Below are positions 47,023 through 55,585 of a stretch of DNA of 64,000 bases, one piece after another. How positions within the stretch are numbered: the first letter of the stretch is position 1; each line of letters begins with the position of its first letter. The translations under genes and the position numbers were made by a program. This stretch comes from Dehalococcoidia bacterium. Lineage in GTDB: Bacteria; Chloroflexota; Dehalococcoidia; Lucifugimonadales; SAR202-VII-2. The notes under the pieces are model-generated. The model did no database searches and was not told the origin of the DNA. It saw nothing but the letters and a program-made list of their open reading frames with translations. The stretch lies in NCBI GenBank assembly GCA_965226745.1, contig CBDDDS010000002.1:92801-156800 (forward strand). The letters run 5' to 3'.

Positions 47023-48309
47023 CTAGAACGGCGCCCCCGCTGGGTACATGAGGTCCTTGAGGGAGTCCAACCAATCGGCGTCCGTTGGCAGCACCCGCTC
47101 GATGGCGCGAATCTCGTAGTAAGACCTGTCGGCGCCTGGGGGGCTGCCGCCGTCGGCCACCGTTCTCGTCGCGTCGAGGAGCAGCTTTCGCGCCGCAATG
47201 ACTGCTTTGTCCGTTTGCCCCAATCGCTCCTTGCTCCTATCGGTGATGCGTCCCATCGACTCCTGGACGGCTCGGTCCTGCTGGTTGACACCCTCTATGC
47301 CGGTGAAGTTCTCCGTTCTCTGCACCTCCCGGTCGATGCCCCAACTATTGCTTTTGCTAAATTTGGGGTGCGGGCGAAAGCCGTTCTGCTCGTCGATGAA
47401 TACAGGGCCGTTGCCCCAAAACGACTCGTCCCGTTCGCTGTCGTCCAGGGGATTGTCCAGGCTGTAGTACCAGTTCCAGACCATGCAGTTCTCGTCGTCC
47501 ACGGGAACCCACACGTGCCCTGCCATCTTGAACTTCTTCATAGAGCCGTCGTCCGTGAACTCCTGAATGGCGCGGATTTGATGGTGCGGCATGACGTAGT
47601 GGTAGGTTCGAACGTATTTCTCGCCGCTGTCCTTCAGGGGCCGCAGGGAGGCATAGGTGAAGCCATAGGGAGTCAACTTGACGTCGAGCTTGGCCGCCGT
47701 CGCCTGCGCCCGGAGCCCGCCCAGTCCTGCCCGGTTGCCGCTGATCTTGCGGTGGAGGAAAGATGAGTGTATGGAGTCGATTCCGCCCTCCAGAGCCTGG
47801 AGCCAGTTGCACTCCTGAAGCGACTTGGAGACGTGGAGGTGGCTCTCCGGCTGGCGCGTCCACTCGAAGCTGGGCGGCGGCGGCGCCTGCTCCGCCGGCC
47901 CCAGGTAGGCCCAGATGACGCCTCCCAACTCCTGGGTCGCATACCCAGCGATTTTCACCTTGTGCTTGAAGTCGTACTCCGGCAGCTCGTTCGGCATCTC
48001 AACGCACTGGCCGGTGACGTCGAACTTCCAGCCGTGGAATACACATCGCAGCCCGTCTTCCTCATTGCGGCCCAGCCAGAGCGACGTCCGGCGGTGAGGG
48101 CAACGCTCGTCAATCAGGCCCACGCGCCCTCTGGTGTCCCGGAAGGCCACAAGGTCCTCGCCAAGAAGCCGGACGCGCACGGGAGGGCAGTCCGGCTCGG
48201 GAACCTCCCAGGACATCAGCACCGGCTGCCAGTAGCGGCGCATCAGCTCCCCCATGGGAGCGCCCGGCCCCACTCTGGTGACCGCTTCGTTATCGGCTAC
48301 AGACAACAT
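47023..48309 (-). CDS. Rieske [2Fe-2S] non-haem-iron oxygenase, alpha/oxygenase component
   Basis: Trimmed to ATG 48309 (GGAGG 6 nt upstream). Rieske motif CPHRRTSLWLGRNEEDGLRCVFHGWKF. Confidence 0.88.
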   Translation of the reverse strand: MLSVADNEAVTRVGPGAPMGELMRRYWQPVLMSWEVPEPDCPPVRVRLLGEDLVAFRDTRGRVGLIDERCPHRRTSLWLGRNEEDGLRCVFHGWKFDVTGQCVEMPNELPEYDFKHKVKIAGYATQELGGVIWAYLGPAEQAPPPPSFEWTRQPESHLHVSKSLQECNWLQALEGGIDSIHSSFLHRKISGNRAGLGGLRAQATAAKLDVKLTPYGFTYASLRPLKDSGEKYVRTYHYVMPHHQIRAIQEFTDDGSMKKFKMAGHVWVPVDDENCMVWNWYYSLDNPLDDSERDESFWGNGPVFIDEQNGFRPHPKFSKSNSWGIDREVQRTENFTGIEGVNQQDRAVQESMGRITDRSKERLGQTDKAVIAARKLLLDATRTVADGGSPPGADRSYYEIRAIERVLPTDADWLDSLKDLMYPAGAPF

Positions 48310-48461
48310 CCAACACCTCCGCTTGGTCCAGCGCCGAACAGGGCGCTGCAAGCCTCATCCGCGTTGGGCCATTGTAGATTATCCTCCCCACGCCTTGCAC
48401 GGGCCGCGGGCAGGGACATTTCGACCGCCCGGACGCCTGCCCGCGTGGGGGAAGGGCCGGA

Positions 48462-49574
48462 TCACTTCCACGGCATGACCGAAACGTGGATGGCGCCGGG
48501 GGCCCCCACCCCGCCAACGGACTTGATGGCGTAGTCCAACTCGGTCAGGCCGAAGGAGTGGGTCGTCATCAGGTCGAGGGGGAAGCGCCCGGAACCCAGA
48601 TGTTGAAGGGCCAGCTCCACCGAGCGGTAGGAATGGCCCCTTGCCGCCTTGAGAGTCATGCCTTTCCTGCTGATCCTGCCCATTGGGAAGGAGGCGAAGT
48701 CAGCGTCGCCCTCAGACTGCACAACCATGGTGGCGGCCCGGCGCTTGGCCGCCTCGATCGCAAGCAGCGTCGGAGCGGTCCCCGCGCCCGACGTGCAATC
48801 AAGGGCGACGTCCACGCCGCGCCCGCCGGTGATCTCCCTGATGCGCTCCAGGGGGTCCTCCGTTTCGACGTCTATAACGTCGTCGGCGCCCAATGCTTTG
48901 GCTACTTCCAGGCGCCGAGCGTCTCTTGATGTCCCGGTCATGATGATGCGAGCGGCGCCCGCCTGCTTGGCGGCCATGACGCAGCACAGCCCCTGTTGGC
49001 CCGGCCCCTGAATGAGCACCGTGGACGCATACCCAACGCCGCCATCGAACAGGGCCCACTGGATTCCGTTGGCCATGGGAGTCCCTATGCCCGCCCTTTC
49101 CGGCGTCAGCCCATCAGGGACGTTGTGGATAACCGCGTTGTGCGGCAGGTACAGATAGCGGCTGAAGCCGCCCCACAGCCCCGGAGCGATGTCTATGGGA
49201 GTGTAGCCATACCTGATGGCCTGGGGGTCGTGGAACCAGTCGGTGGCGGGGCAATGGCGATAGTCGCCCTGGTGGTCCCACTCGCAGTTGCCGCAGGGTA
49301 AATAGTGCTCCAAGAAGACCAGGTCGCCCTCCTTGACGCCCTTGCGCTCGGCAAATGCACTGCCCACTTTGGCGAGGTAGCCCACGTTCTCGTGCCCCAT
49401 GATGATGGGGCCGCCCCTCAAAGGCTTGGGGTACTGGCTGACGTCGGTGCCGCAGACGCCGGCCACCTCCACCTTCAGCAGCGCGCCGTCGGCAGGGATG
49501 TCGGGAAGGTCCACCTCCCGTAGCTCCAATTCCCCGGGGCCCACCTTCAACGAGGCCAGTGTCTTCTCCGCCAC
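48462..49574 (-). CDS. Zinc-dependent MDR alcohol/polyol dehydrogenase
   Basis: 370 aa. …GVCGTDVS…GHENVGYLAKVG…CGNCEWDHQGDYRHC…. Confidence 0.88.
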   Translation of the reverse strand: MAEKTLASLKVGPGELELREVDLPDIPADGALLKVEVAGVCGTDVSQYPKPLRGGPIIMGHENVGYLAKVGSAFAERKGVKEGDLVFLEHYLPCGNCEWDHQGDYRHCPATDWFHDPQAIRYGYTPIDIAPGLWGGFSRYLYLPHNAVIHNVPDGLTPERAGIGTPMANGIQWALFDGGVGYASTVLIQGPGQQGLCCVMAAKQAGAARIIMTGTSRDARRLEVAKALGADDVIDVETEDPLERIREITGGRGVDVALDCTSGAGTAPTLLAIEAAKRRAATMVVQSEGDADFASFPMGRISRKGMTLKAARGHSYRSVELALQHLGSGRFPLDLMTTHSFGLTELDYAIKSVGGVGAPGAIHVSVMPWK

Positions 49575-49826
49575 GCAGTCACCTCCAGAGCGGTTTCCTG
49601 CCTCGGAACCCGCAGTGCGGTTTAGGTCATCAACCCTGGCGCGAGCTTATTGCCCACCTCACGCGCCCGTCAATGCTCTCCCCGTCCTATTGCCCAGAGC
49701 ATGGATGGTCGGCGCAGAGCGCACGTCGGCGTTTGGCCAAATGGCGAGGATGCGCCGTTGTTGACCCCCGCGGCCTGCTGCCCCATCATGAAGCGCAGCC
49801 TGTCGCCCGCACCTGTGAGAGGAGCT

Positions 49827-50807
49827 ATGGCCGACCTCGTTTTGACGTTTGCCCTGACACATCGGTGGGACCGCGTCCAACCCCTTATTACGGGTGAGGT
49901 CAAGCCCAGAGACATCACCCTCCAGTACGTCCAGGTTGCCACCGGCAAGCTGTGGGAAGCCCAGTTGTTGGAGCAAGCCTACGATGTGTCCGAGATGTCG
50001 TTCTCGTTCACGCTTCAGGCCATCCCGTTGGGCTGGGACTATCGCGTGCTGCCGGTCTTTCACAACAGGACCTTCTCCTACGTCAACACGCTGGCCAGGT
50101 TGGATTCCGGCATCCGGCCGGGCCACCCAGGCGACCTGAAGGGCAAGCGCGTAGGCGTGGTGGACTACACGATGACGGCGGCTCTCTGGGCCCGCGGGAT
50201 CCTGCACCACGAGTTTGGCATTGCGCCCCAGGACGTGGAATGGTTCCAGGGCCGCGCCTTCCCCGCCATTCCGGGACAGTCCGAGCCGCTGGCGCCTATC
50301 GAGGGTTTGGTGGTTCAGCCTCCGCCCAACGACATCAACGCAATGCTGGCGGCGGGCCGGTTGGACGCCATCTTCAGCGTATTCCCCGTCACCGAGAGCA
50401 CACTGTCGGACAGGCGCCGCTTCTCTCCGCTGTTTCCCGACGGCCAGGCGGAGGCCGAGCGCTACTTCACCAACACTGGCATCTTCCCGGCCCACCACGC
50501 CACCATCGTGCGGCAAAGCCTGCTGCAACAGCACCCCTGGATCGCCGAAAGTCTGCTGGAGGCCTTCACGGAAGCCCAGCGGCTGGCGATGGAGCAGACC
50601 CTCCATGAGCCGCCGTCGGTCCTCATCTTCGCTCAGGACCAATTGGAGCGGCAGCGGCGGGTGTTTGGCGAGAACCCCTACGAGTATGGGGTCAGAGCCA
50701 ACGCCGCGGTGGTTGACCTGGTGCAGACATTTGGGGTGGAACACGGCATTACGCCGTACAAACTGCCTTTCGAGGAGTTCTTCGCAGAGGGGATACTTGG
50801 GAGCTGA
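49827..50807 (+). CDS. PhtD-like (4,5-dihydroxyphthalate decarboxylase family) protein
   Basis: Trimmed to ATG 49827 (GAGAGGAG upstream): MADLVLTFALTHRWDRVQPLITGEVKPRDITLQYV…YDVSEMSFSFTLQAIPLGWDYRVLPVFHNRTFSY…LKGKRVGVVDYTMTAALWARGIL…. Confidence 0.65.
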   Translation: MADLVLTFALTHRWDRVQPLITGEVKPRDITLQYVQVATGKLWEAQLLEQAYDVSEMSFSFTLQAIPLGWDYRVLPVFHNRTFSYVNTLARLDSGIRPGHPGDLKGKRVGVVDYTMTAALWARGILHHEFGIAPQDVEWFQGRAFPAIPGQSEPLAPIEGLVVQPPPNDINAMLAAGRLDAIFSVFPVTESTLSDRRRFSPLFPDGQAEAERYFTNTGIFPAHHATIVRQSLLQQHPWIAESLLEAFTEAQRLAMEQTLHEPPSVLIFAQDQLERQRRVFGENPYEYGVRANAAVVDLVQTFGVEHGITPYKLPFEEFFAEGILGS

Positions 50808-50878
50808 TTCGGCTGCTCGCTCAACGGCGGCCTGGCCACTGCATGGCCGTGGCTCTGACGCGTGGCATGGGGGTGCAA

Positions 50879-51094
50879 ATGTGCAGAAGCATCAAGGTGC
50901 TGCGGCAGCCTGCGGGCGTCGCCGCGGAAGACGAGATTCGAGCGGCTGCTCTGCAGTTCGTCAGAAAGGTCAGCGGCTACCGGAAGCCCTCCCGCGCCAA
51001 CGAAGCGGCCTTCGACGGAGCGGTTGAGGACGTGGCCTTGGCGGCCCGCAGACTGCTCCACTCCCTCGCCGCGCCCACGAGTTCAGTCTCCTAG
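50879..51094 (+). CDS. DUF2277 family protein
   Basis: Trimmed to ATG 50879: MCRSIKVLRQPAGVAAEDEIRAAALQFVRKVSGYRKPSRANEAAFDGAVEDVALAARRLL…. Confidence 0.7.
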   Translation: MCRSIKVLRQPAGVAAEDEIRAAALQFVRKVSGYRKPSRANEAAFDGAVEDVALAARRLLHSLAAPTSSVS

Positions 51095-51164
51095 GGATGC
51101 TCTGAAGAGGCAGCCAGAGAGGTGCCGCGCATCAAGCGCATGCCGCTGCTCGGGTTATCCACCC

Positions 51165-51223
51165 CATCCCTGCCCCCGAGTGCGGGAGCAGGTTAGGAAG
51201 CGTCTTATCCCGTCCCCACCTCC
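51165..51223 (+). repeat. REP-like hairpin element copy
   Basis: CATCCCTGCCCCCGagtgCGGGAGCAGGTTAGGAAGCGTCTTATCCCGTCCCC. Confidence 0.65.
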
Positions 51224-51339
51224 CCGCCTACTTGCAAAATACGAACGCGTGTGCTAAGATATCGTCAAGATGTTCAAGAAGATGTTCAAGTATCATCACG
51301 AGGCGGGCCGCCGCCCCACTCCGTTCCTGGCGCCGGGAT

Positions 51340-51427
51340 ACGGTTCCGCGACGGTTCCGCGACGGTTCCGCGACGGCTCCGCGACGGCTCCGCGACGGCT
51401 CCGCGACAGCTCCGCGACAGCTCCGTG
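51340..51427. repeat. Non-coding tandem repeat, 11-bp unit x 8 (ACGGTTCCGCG x3, ACGGCTCCGCG x3, ACAGCTCCGCG, ACAGCTCCGTG)
   Basis: Read directly from the sequence. The unit length is not a multiple of 3, and all three forward frames stay open only because the unit lacks stops. Confidence 0.9.
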
Positions 51428-51505
51428 CTTGGCGCCCCCAAGATCCGGCTGATGAGCGTAACCAACATACAATCAAAAGCCGACCCTTCTCCCGGGGAAT
51501 CCCCC

Positions 51506-51563
51506 CATCCCTGCCCTCGTACTTTGGGGAAGGTCAGGAAGCGGGTCCTATCCCTTCCCCTGG
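51506..51563 (+). repeat. REP-like hairpin element copy
   Basis: CATCCCTGCCCTCGtactTTGGGGAAGGTCAGGAAGCGGGTCCTATCCCTTCCCC. Confidence 0.65.
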
Positions 51564-51654
51564 CATGCGCTTGAATCGCAGTGCGTCTCGCACAGCTTGT
51601 TCAGAGATTCCCTAGGCGCTTCCATAGAGGCCGGGGAATCTCCTCTAGCCGGCA

Positions 51655-51683
51655 TTGACAAGGCATACCCCCGCCGTGAGAAT
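51655..51683 (+). promoter_or_regulatory. Candidate bio-operon promoter TTGACA-17 nt-GAGAAT
   Basis: Consensus -35 hexamer, about 120 nt upstream of the bioB start. Confidence 0.4.
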
Positions 51684-51803
51684 ACTCCGCAGGTAGAGCG
51701 TGGCTTGGGCCGCCCAAGGCACTGGGCCCGCCCGTAGGCCGCGCGCCTCGCTGGATAACCAACCGGGGTAGCTGGCAGGGACAACAAGCAGGAGGTTTCT
51801 CGC

Positions 51804-52823
51804 TTGACGCAAGCAACAGACTCGCAAGCCGCGCTCGGCGGCAGCTACGCCTCGAAGTTCGCTGAGTTCGCCGAGCTGTCCATCCGCGGTGAAACCCTGT
51901 CCCGCGCCCAGTGCCGAGAGGTCCTGAGCTGCCCCGACAGCGCGCTGCTCGATTTGCTGGCGGCGACGTATAGCGTGCGCCGGGAGTTCTGTGGGAACAA
52001 GGTCCACATCCACGTCCTCATGAACGCCAAGAGCGGCATCTGCCCCGAGGACTGCGGTTACTGCTCCCAATCCGCGGTATCGACGGCAATGATCGAGAAG
52101 TACCCCCTGGTTGCCAAGCAAAAGCTCATTGAGGGGGCGAGAGCCGCCAAGGAAGCCCAGGCCAAGCGGTTCTGTGTGGTCACCAGCGGCAGAGGCCCGT
52201 CCTGGAAGGACGTGAACTACCTCTGCGACGCGGTCACCGAAATCATCGAGGAGGTGGGCATCAAGGTATGCGCCTGCGTCGGCCTGATCGACGAGGAGAA
52301 GGCCCGCGCCTTCAAGGAGGCGGGCGTAGACCAGTTGAATCACAATCTCAACACCAGCGAGAGGTTCTCCCCCTCGATTGTGAGCACCCACACCTACGCC
52401 GATAGGCTGCAGACCCTGCAGGCGGCCCGGTCCGCCGGACTGGACCTATGCAGCGGGGCCATCTTCGGCATGGGTGAACAGTCCGACGACATCATTGACG
52501 TCTTGCTCGAGCTGAGGGCCCTTGCCGCAGAGTCGATCCCCGTGAACTTTCTCCACGCCATTCCAGGTACTCCCCTGGAAGGCAGGGACGAGCTTTCGCC
52601 CCAGGACTGCCTGAGGATTCTTTGCCTGGCGCGCCTGCTGAATCCCCGGCAGGAGATCCGGGTCGCTGGAGGCCGCGAGGTCAATCTCAGGTCGCTCCAG
52701 CCCATGTCCTTATACGCCGCCAACTCCCTCTTCGTTGATGGGTATCTGACGACTCCAGGACAGGGGCCCGAGGAAACTTGGAGCATGATCGCGGACCTGG
52801 GGTTCGAGATCGAGATCGACTGA
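51804..52823 (+). CDS. bioB: Biotin synthase
   Basis: 339 aa, TTG start. Radical-SAM motif CPEDCGYCSQS. …YNHNLNTSERF-type block (QLNHNLNTSERF). Confidence 0.95.
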   Translation: MTQATDSQAALGGSYASKFAEFAELSIRGETLSRAQCREVLSCPDSALLDLLAATYSVRREFCGNKVHIHVLMNAKSGICPEDCGYCSQSAVSTAMIEKYPLVAKQKLIEGARAAKEAQAKRFCVVTSGRGPSWKDVNYLCDAVTEIIEEVGIKVCACVGLIDEEKARAFKEAGVDQLNHNLNTSERFSPSIVSTHTYADRLQTLQAARSAGLDLCSGAIFGMGEQSDDIIDVLLELRALAAESIPVNFLHAIPGTPLEGRDELSPQDCLRILCLARLLNPRQEIRVAGGREVNLRSLQPMSLYAANSLFVDGYLTTPGQGPEETWSMIADLGFEIEID

Positions 52824-52871
52824 TGCGAGATCGACTGATGCCTGACAGCCTCCCCGGCTCGGGGCGATAAC

Positions 52872-54236
52872 GTGGGCGAGCCTTCCAGTCGACAGCCGAA
52901 GATCTGGCATCCCTTCACGCAGATGGCCCGTTTCGACGCCGACCCTCAGGTGGTGGTGTCCAGAGGGGAGGGCAACCATCTGATCGGCGCCGACGGCAAG
53001 CGCTACATTGACGCCGTCTCTTCCATGTGGGCCATTGTCCACGGCCACAGCCACCCCCGCCTCGTGGAGGCCATCCAACGGCAGGCCGCCGAGCTTCAGC
53101 ACAGCACCCTGCTCGGCGCGACCCACTCGGTTGCAGAGGAGCTGGCGGGCCGCCTTTCGAAGCATCTCCCCGAGGCGCTGTCCCGCTTCTTCTTCAGCGG
53201 CGACGGGGCCAGCGCCGTGGAGGTGGCCCTCAAAATGGCCGTCCAGTATTGGGCGAACAAGGGCTACCCTGAAAAGCAGCGCATCGTCTCCCTGGACATG
53301 GCCTATCACGGCGACACCGCGGGCACCGTCAGCGTGGGAGGCGTCGGAAGGTTCAGGGACTCCTACGGGCCGCTGCTCTTCGAGCCCCTCCGCATCCCCA
53401 ACCACTACGCATATCGCTGCGGCCAGTGCGCTTCCGAGTGCACCTTGGCCTGCCTGGACCCCCTCGACGCGATGTTGCAGGCGCGAGGCCATGAGATCGC
53501 GGCCGTCATCGTCGAGCCCAAGGTGCAGGCCGCCGCGGGCATGATTGTCGCCCCAGAGGGGCACCTGGCGCGTATCGCTCAGAGTTGCGCCCGCCATGAC
53601 GTGCTGCTCATCGCCGATGAAATAGCTACGGGCTTCGGCAAGACCGGCGCCATGTTCGCCTGCGACCTTGAATGGGTGACCCCCGACATTATGGCCATCG
53701 GCAAAGGCATGACGGGCGGCTATCTGCCGATGTCCGCCACGATCACCACGGACGAGATCTACCAGGCTTTCGCAGACCTGACCTACGGCAGCGCCAGTAC
53801 GCTGTATCATGGCCACACCTTCGCCGGGAACCCCATCTGTGCGGCCGCCGCCATTGCCAACCTCGACGTATTCGAGGAGTCGCCGGTGCTGGAGCGCGTC
53901 CGGGAGCGGGCATCGTTCCTGCAAACCCTGATTCAGGAGCACTTCGCCGGTCATCCCCTGGTTGGAGAGACAAGGCAGCAGGGCCTCATGGCCGGCATCG
54001 AGCTTGTGCAGGACGCAGCTTCCAAGACGCCGTTCCCATCCAGCGAGGGCGTGGGCGCCCGCGTCTCGCTGGCCGCCCGCGACAGGGGAGTTCTGCTCCG
54101 TCCCCTGGGAGACGTGATCGTCGTGATGCCCCCGCTCTCCATCGAAGAAGACCAGCTCATTCAGATCTGCGACGCCGTCGGCTACGGCCTCGACAAGGTG
54201 GGCAGGGAACTGGGCAGGGACAACAGTGGACGGTGA
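52872..54236 (+). CDS. bioA: Adenosylmethionine-8-amino-7-oxononanoate aminotransferase
   Basis: 454 aa. …IWHPFTQM…LIADEIATGFGKTG… (PLP Lys block). Located in the bio cluster. Confidence 0.93.
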   Translation: MGEPSSRQPKIWHPFTQMARFDADPQVVVSRGEGNHLIGADGKRYIDAVSSMWAIVHGHSHPRLVEAIQRQAAELQHSTLLGATHSVAEELAGRLSKHLPEALSRFFFSGDGASAVEVALKMAVQYWANKGYPEKQRIVSLDMAYHGDTAGTVSVGGVGRFRDSYGPLLFEPLRIPNHYAYRCGQCASECTLACLDPLDAMLQARGHEIAAVIVEPKVQAAAGMIVAPEGHLARIAQSCARHDVLLIADEIATGFGKTGAMFACDLEWVTPDIMAIGKGMTGGYLPMSATITTDEIYQAFADLTYGSASTLYHGHTFAGNPICAAAAIANLDVFEESPVLERVRERASFLQTLIQEHFAGHPLVGETRQQGLMAGIELVQDAASKTPFPSSEGVGARVSLAARDRGVLLRPLGDVIVVMPPLSIEEDQLIQICDAVGYGLDKVGRELGRDNSGR

Positions 54237-54330
54237 GAGGGAACCAATCCGCCGCAGTTCTCGGATGCTGATCGAAGCTCCCGGCAACTAGCGAAAAGCG
54301 CGCCTCCGCAGCAAGGCTCAGGAATCTCCC

Positions 54331-55518
54331 GTGCCCGTAGACAGCAGTTTCATCCAGCGAAGGCTCAAAGCGCTCCGCGCGCGGGACCTCCTGCGGGAGA
54401 CCAAGGCCGTCCAGGGTGGCGCGGAGCCGTGGGTGACCGTCGACGGAGCCAGGCTTCTCAACTTCAGCTCCAACAACTACCTGGGGCTGGCGAACCGGCC
54501 TGAGGTTCGGCTCGCAGCCAGCAGGGCAGCGGAGACCCACGGATGGGGAGCGGGCGCTTCGAGACTCATCTCAGGCGCCACGGATGTCCACGACCGGCTG
54601 GAGGAAGCGTTCGCCGCCTTCAAGGGGTTCGACGCGGCCCTTCTCTACACCTCCGGCTACGCCGCCAACCTCGGCATTTTGCAGGCCCTCGCCGGCCGGG
54701 GCGACCACGTTGTGGGCGACGAACTCAACCACGCCAGCATCATCGATGGGGCGAGGCTGAGCGGGGCGGAGTATCGAACGTACGCGCACCTTGACCCGGA
54801 CGCCCTGGAAGCGGCGCTGCGGCGCATTAACAGGAGCGGCGCCAGGGGGAAGCGGCTGGTCGCGACGGAGACTGTCTTCAGCATGGATGGGGACGTGGCC
54901 CCCCTACCCGCCATCGCCGACATCTGCGATCGTTACGGCGCCATGCTGGTGGTCGACGAGGCGCACGCCACGGGCTGCCTTGGGCCGGGCGGACGCGGCC
55001 TGGTGGCCCAACACTGCCTCGCCGGGCGGATCGCCGTTTCCATGAGCACGCTGAGCAAGTCCCTGGGGAGCCTGGGCGGTGTGGCCGCGTCGACGGAGGC
55101 CATGCGGAGCTATCTCGTGAACTCGTCCCGCAGCTTCATCTACACCACGGCGACCCCGGCGCCGGTGGCCGCGGCCTCTGAGGCCGCCCTCGACGCGCTT
55201 CAGCGGGAACCGTGGCTGGTCGACCGGCTGCGCCAGAATGCGCGTCTCATGCGGGACGGGCTCAACGCCATGGGGTTTCACACCCTGTCCTCCAGCACGC
55301 AGATCATACCCATCGTTGTGGGAAATCCGGGCAAGACGCTGGAAGTGGCGCGCCGGCTCAGAGAGAAGGGCCTGTTCGTGGTGGCTGTCCGTCCTCCAAC
55401 GGTCCCGCCCGGAGCCTCGCGCCTGCGGCTGAGCGTCATGGCCACCCACGAGACCGCCGACCTCCAATGGGCGCTTCAGCTCCTTGGGGAGGTTGGCCGC
55501 GAGCAGGCCCTGCTGTGA
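54331..55518 (+). CDS. bioF: 8-amino-7-oxononanoate synthase
   Basis: 395 aa, GTG start. …NFSSNNYLGLA…DELNHASIIDG…VDEAHATG…STLSKSLGSLGG…. Confidence 0.92.
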   Translation: MPVDSSFIQRRLKALRARDLLRETKAVQGGAEPWVTVDGARLLNFSSNNYLGLANRPEVRLAASRAAETHGWGAGASRLISGATDVHDRLEEAFAAFKGFDAALLYTSGYAANLGILQALAGRGDHVVGDELNHASIIDGARLSGAEYRTYAHLDPDALEAALRRINRSGARGKRLVATETVFSMDGDVAPLPAIADICDRYGAMLVVDEAHATGCLGPGGRGLVAQHCLAGRIAVSMSTLSKSLGSLGGVAASTEAMRSYLVNSSRSFIYTTATPAPVAAASEAALDALQREPWLVDRLRQNARLMRDGLNAMGFHTLSSSTQIIPIVVGNPGKTLEVARRLREKGLFVVAVRPPTVPPGASRLRLSVMATHETADLQWALQLLGEVGREQALL

Positions 55519-55585
55519 GCCCGCAAAGGCGCTAGAATCTACACGCCATGTCCATCCGCGCCAAGACCCAGAGAAGCCAAAGACG

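Noticed and set aside
48400-48450. 9-bp inverted repeat GCGGGCAGG...CCTGCCCGC between the MDR dehydrogenase and Rieske genes, as a possible extra copy of the REP-like family.
   Set aside because: The order and orientation of its blocks do not match the REP-like consensus in either orientation. It may be an independent hairpin, but the evidence is too thin to call.
51232-51615. Three overlapping plus-strand ORFs (51232-, 51251-, 51270-), one starting MFKKMFKYHH..., running through the 11-bp repeat array.
   Set aside because: All three frames are open simultaneously only because the repeat unit lacks stop codons. The products are Arg/Pro/Ser-rich repeats and there is no Shine-Dalgarno. The region is treated as non-coding.
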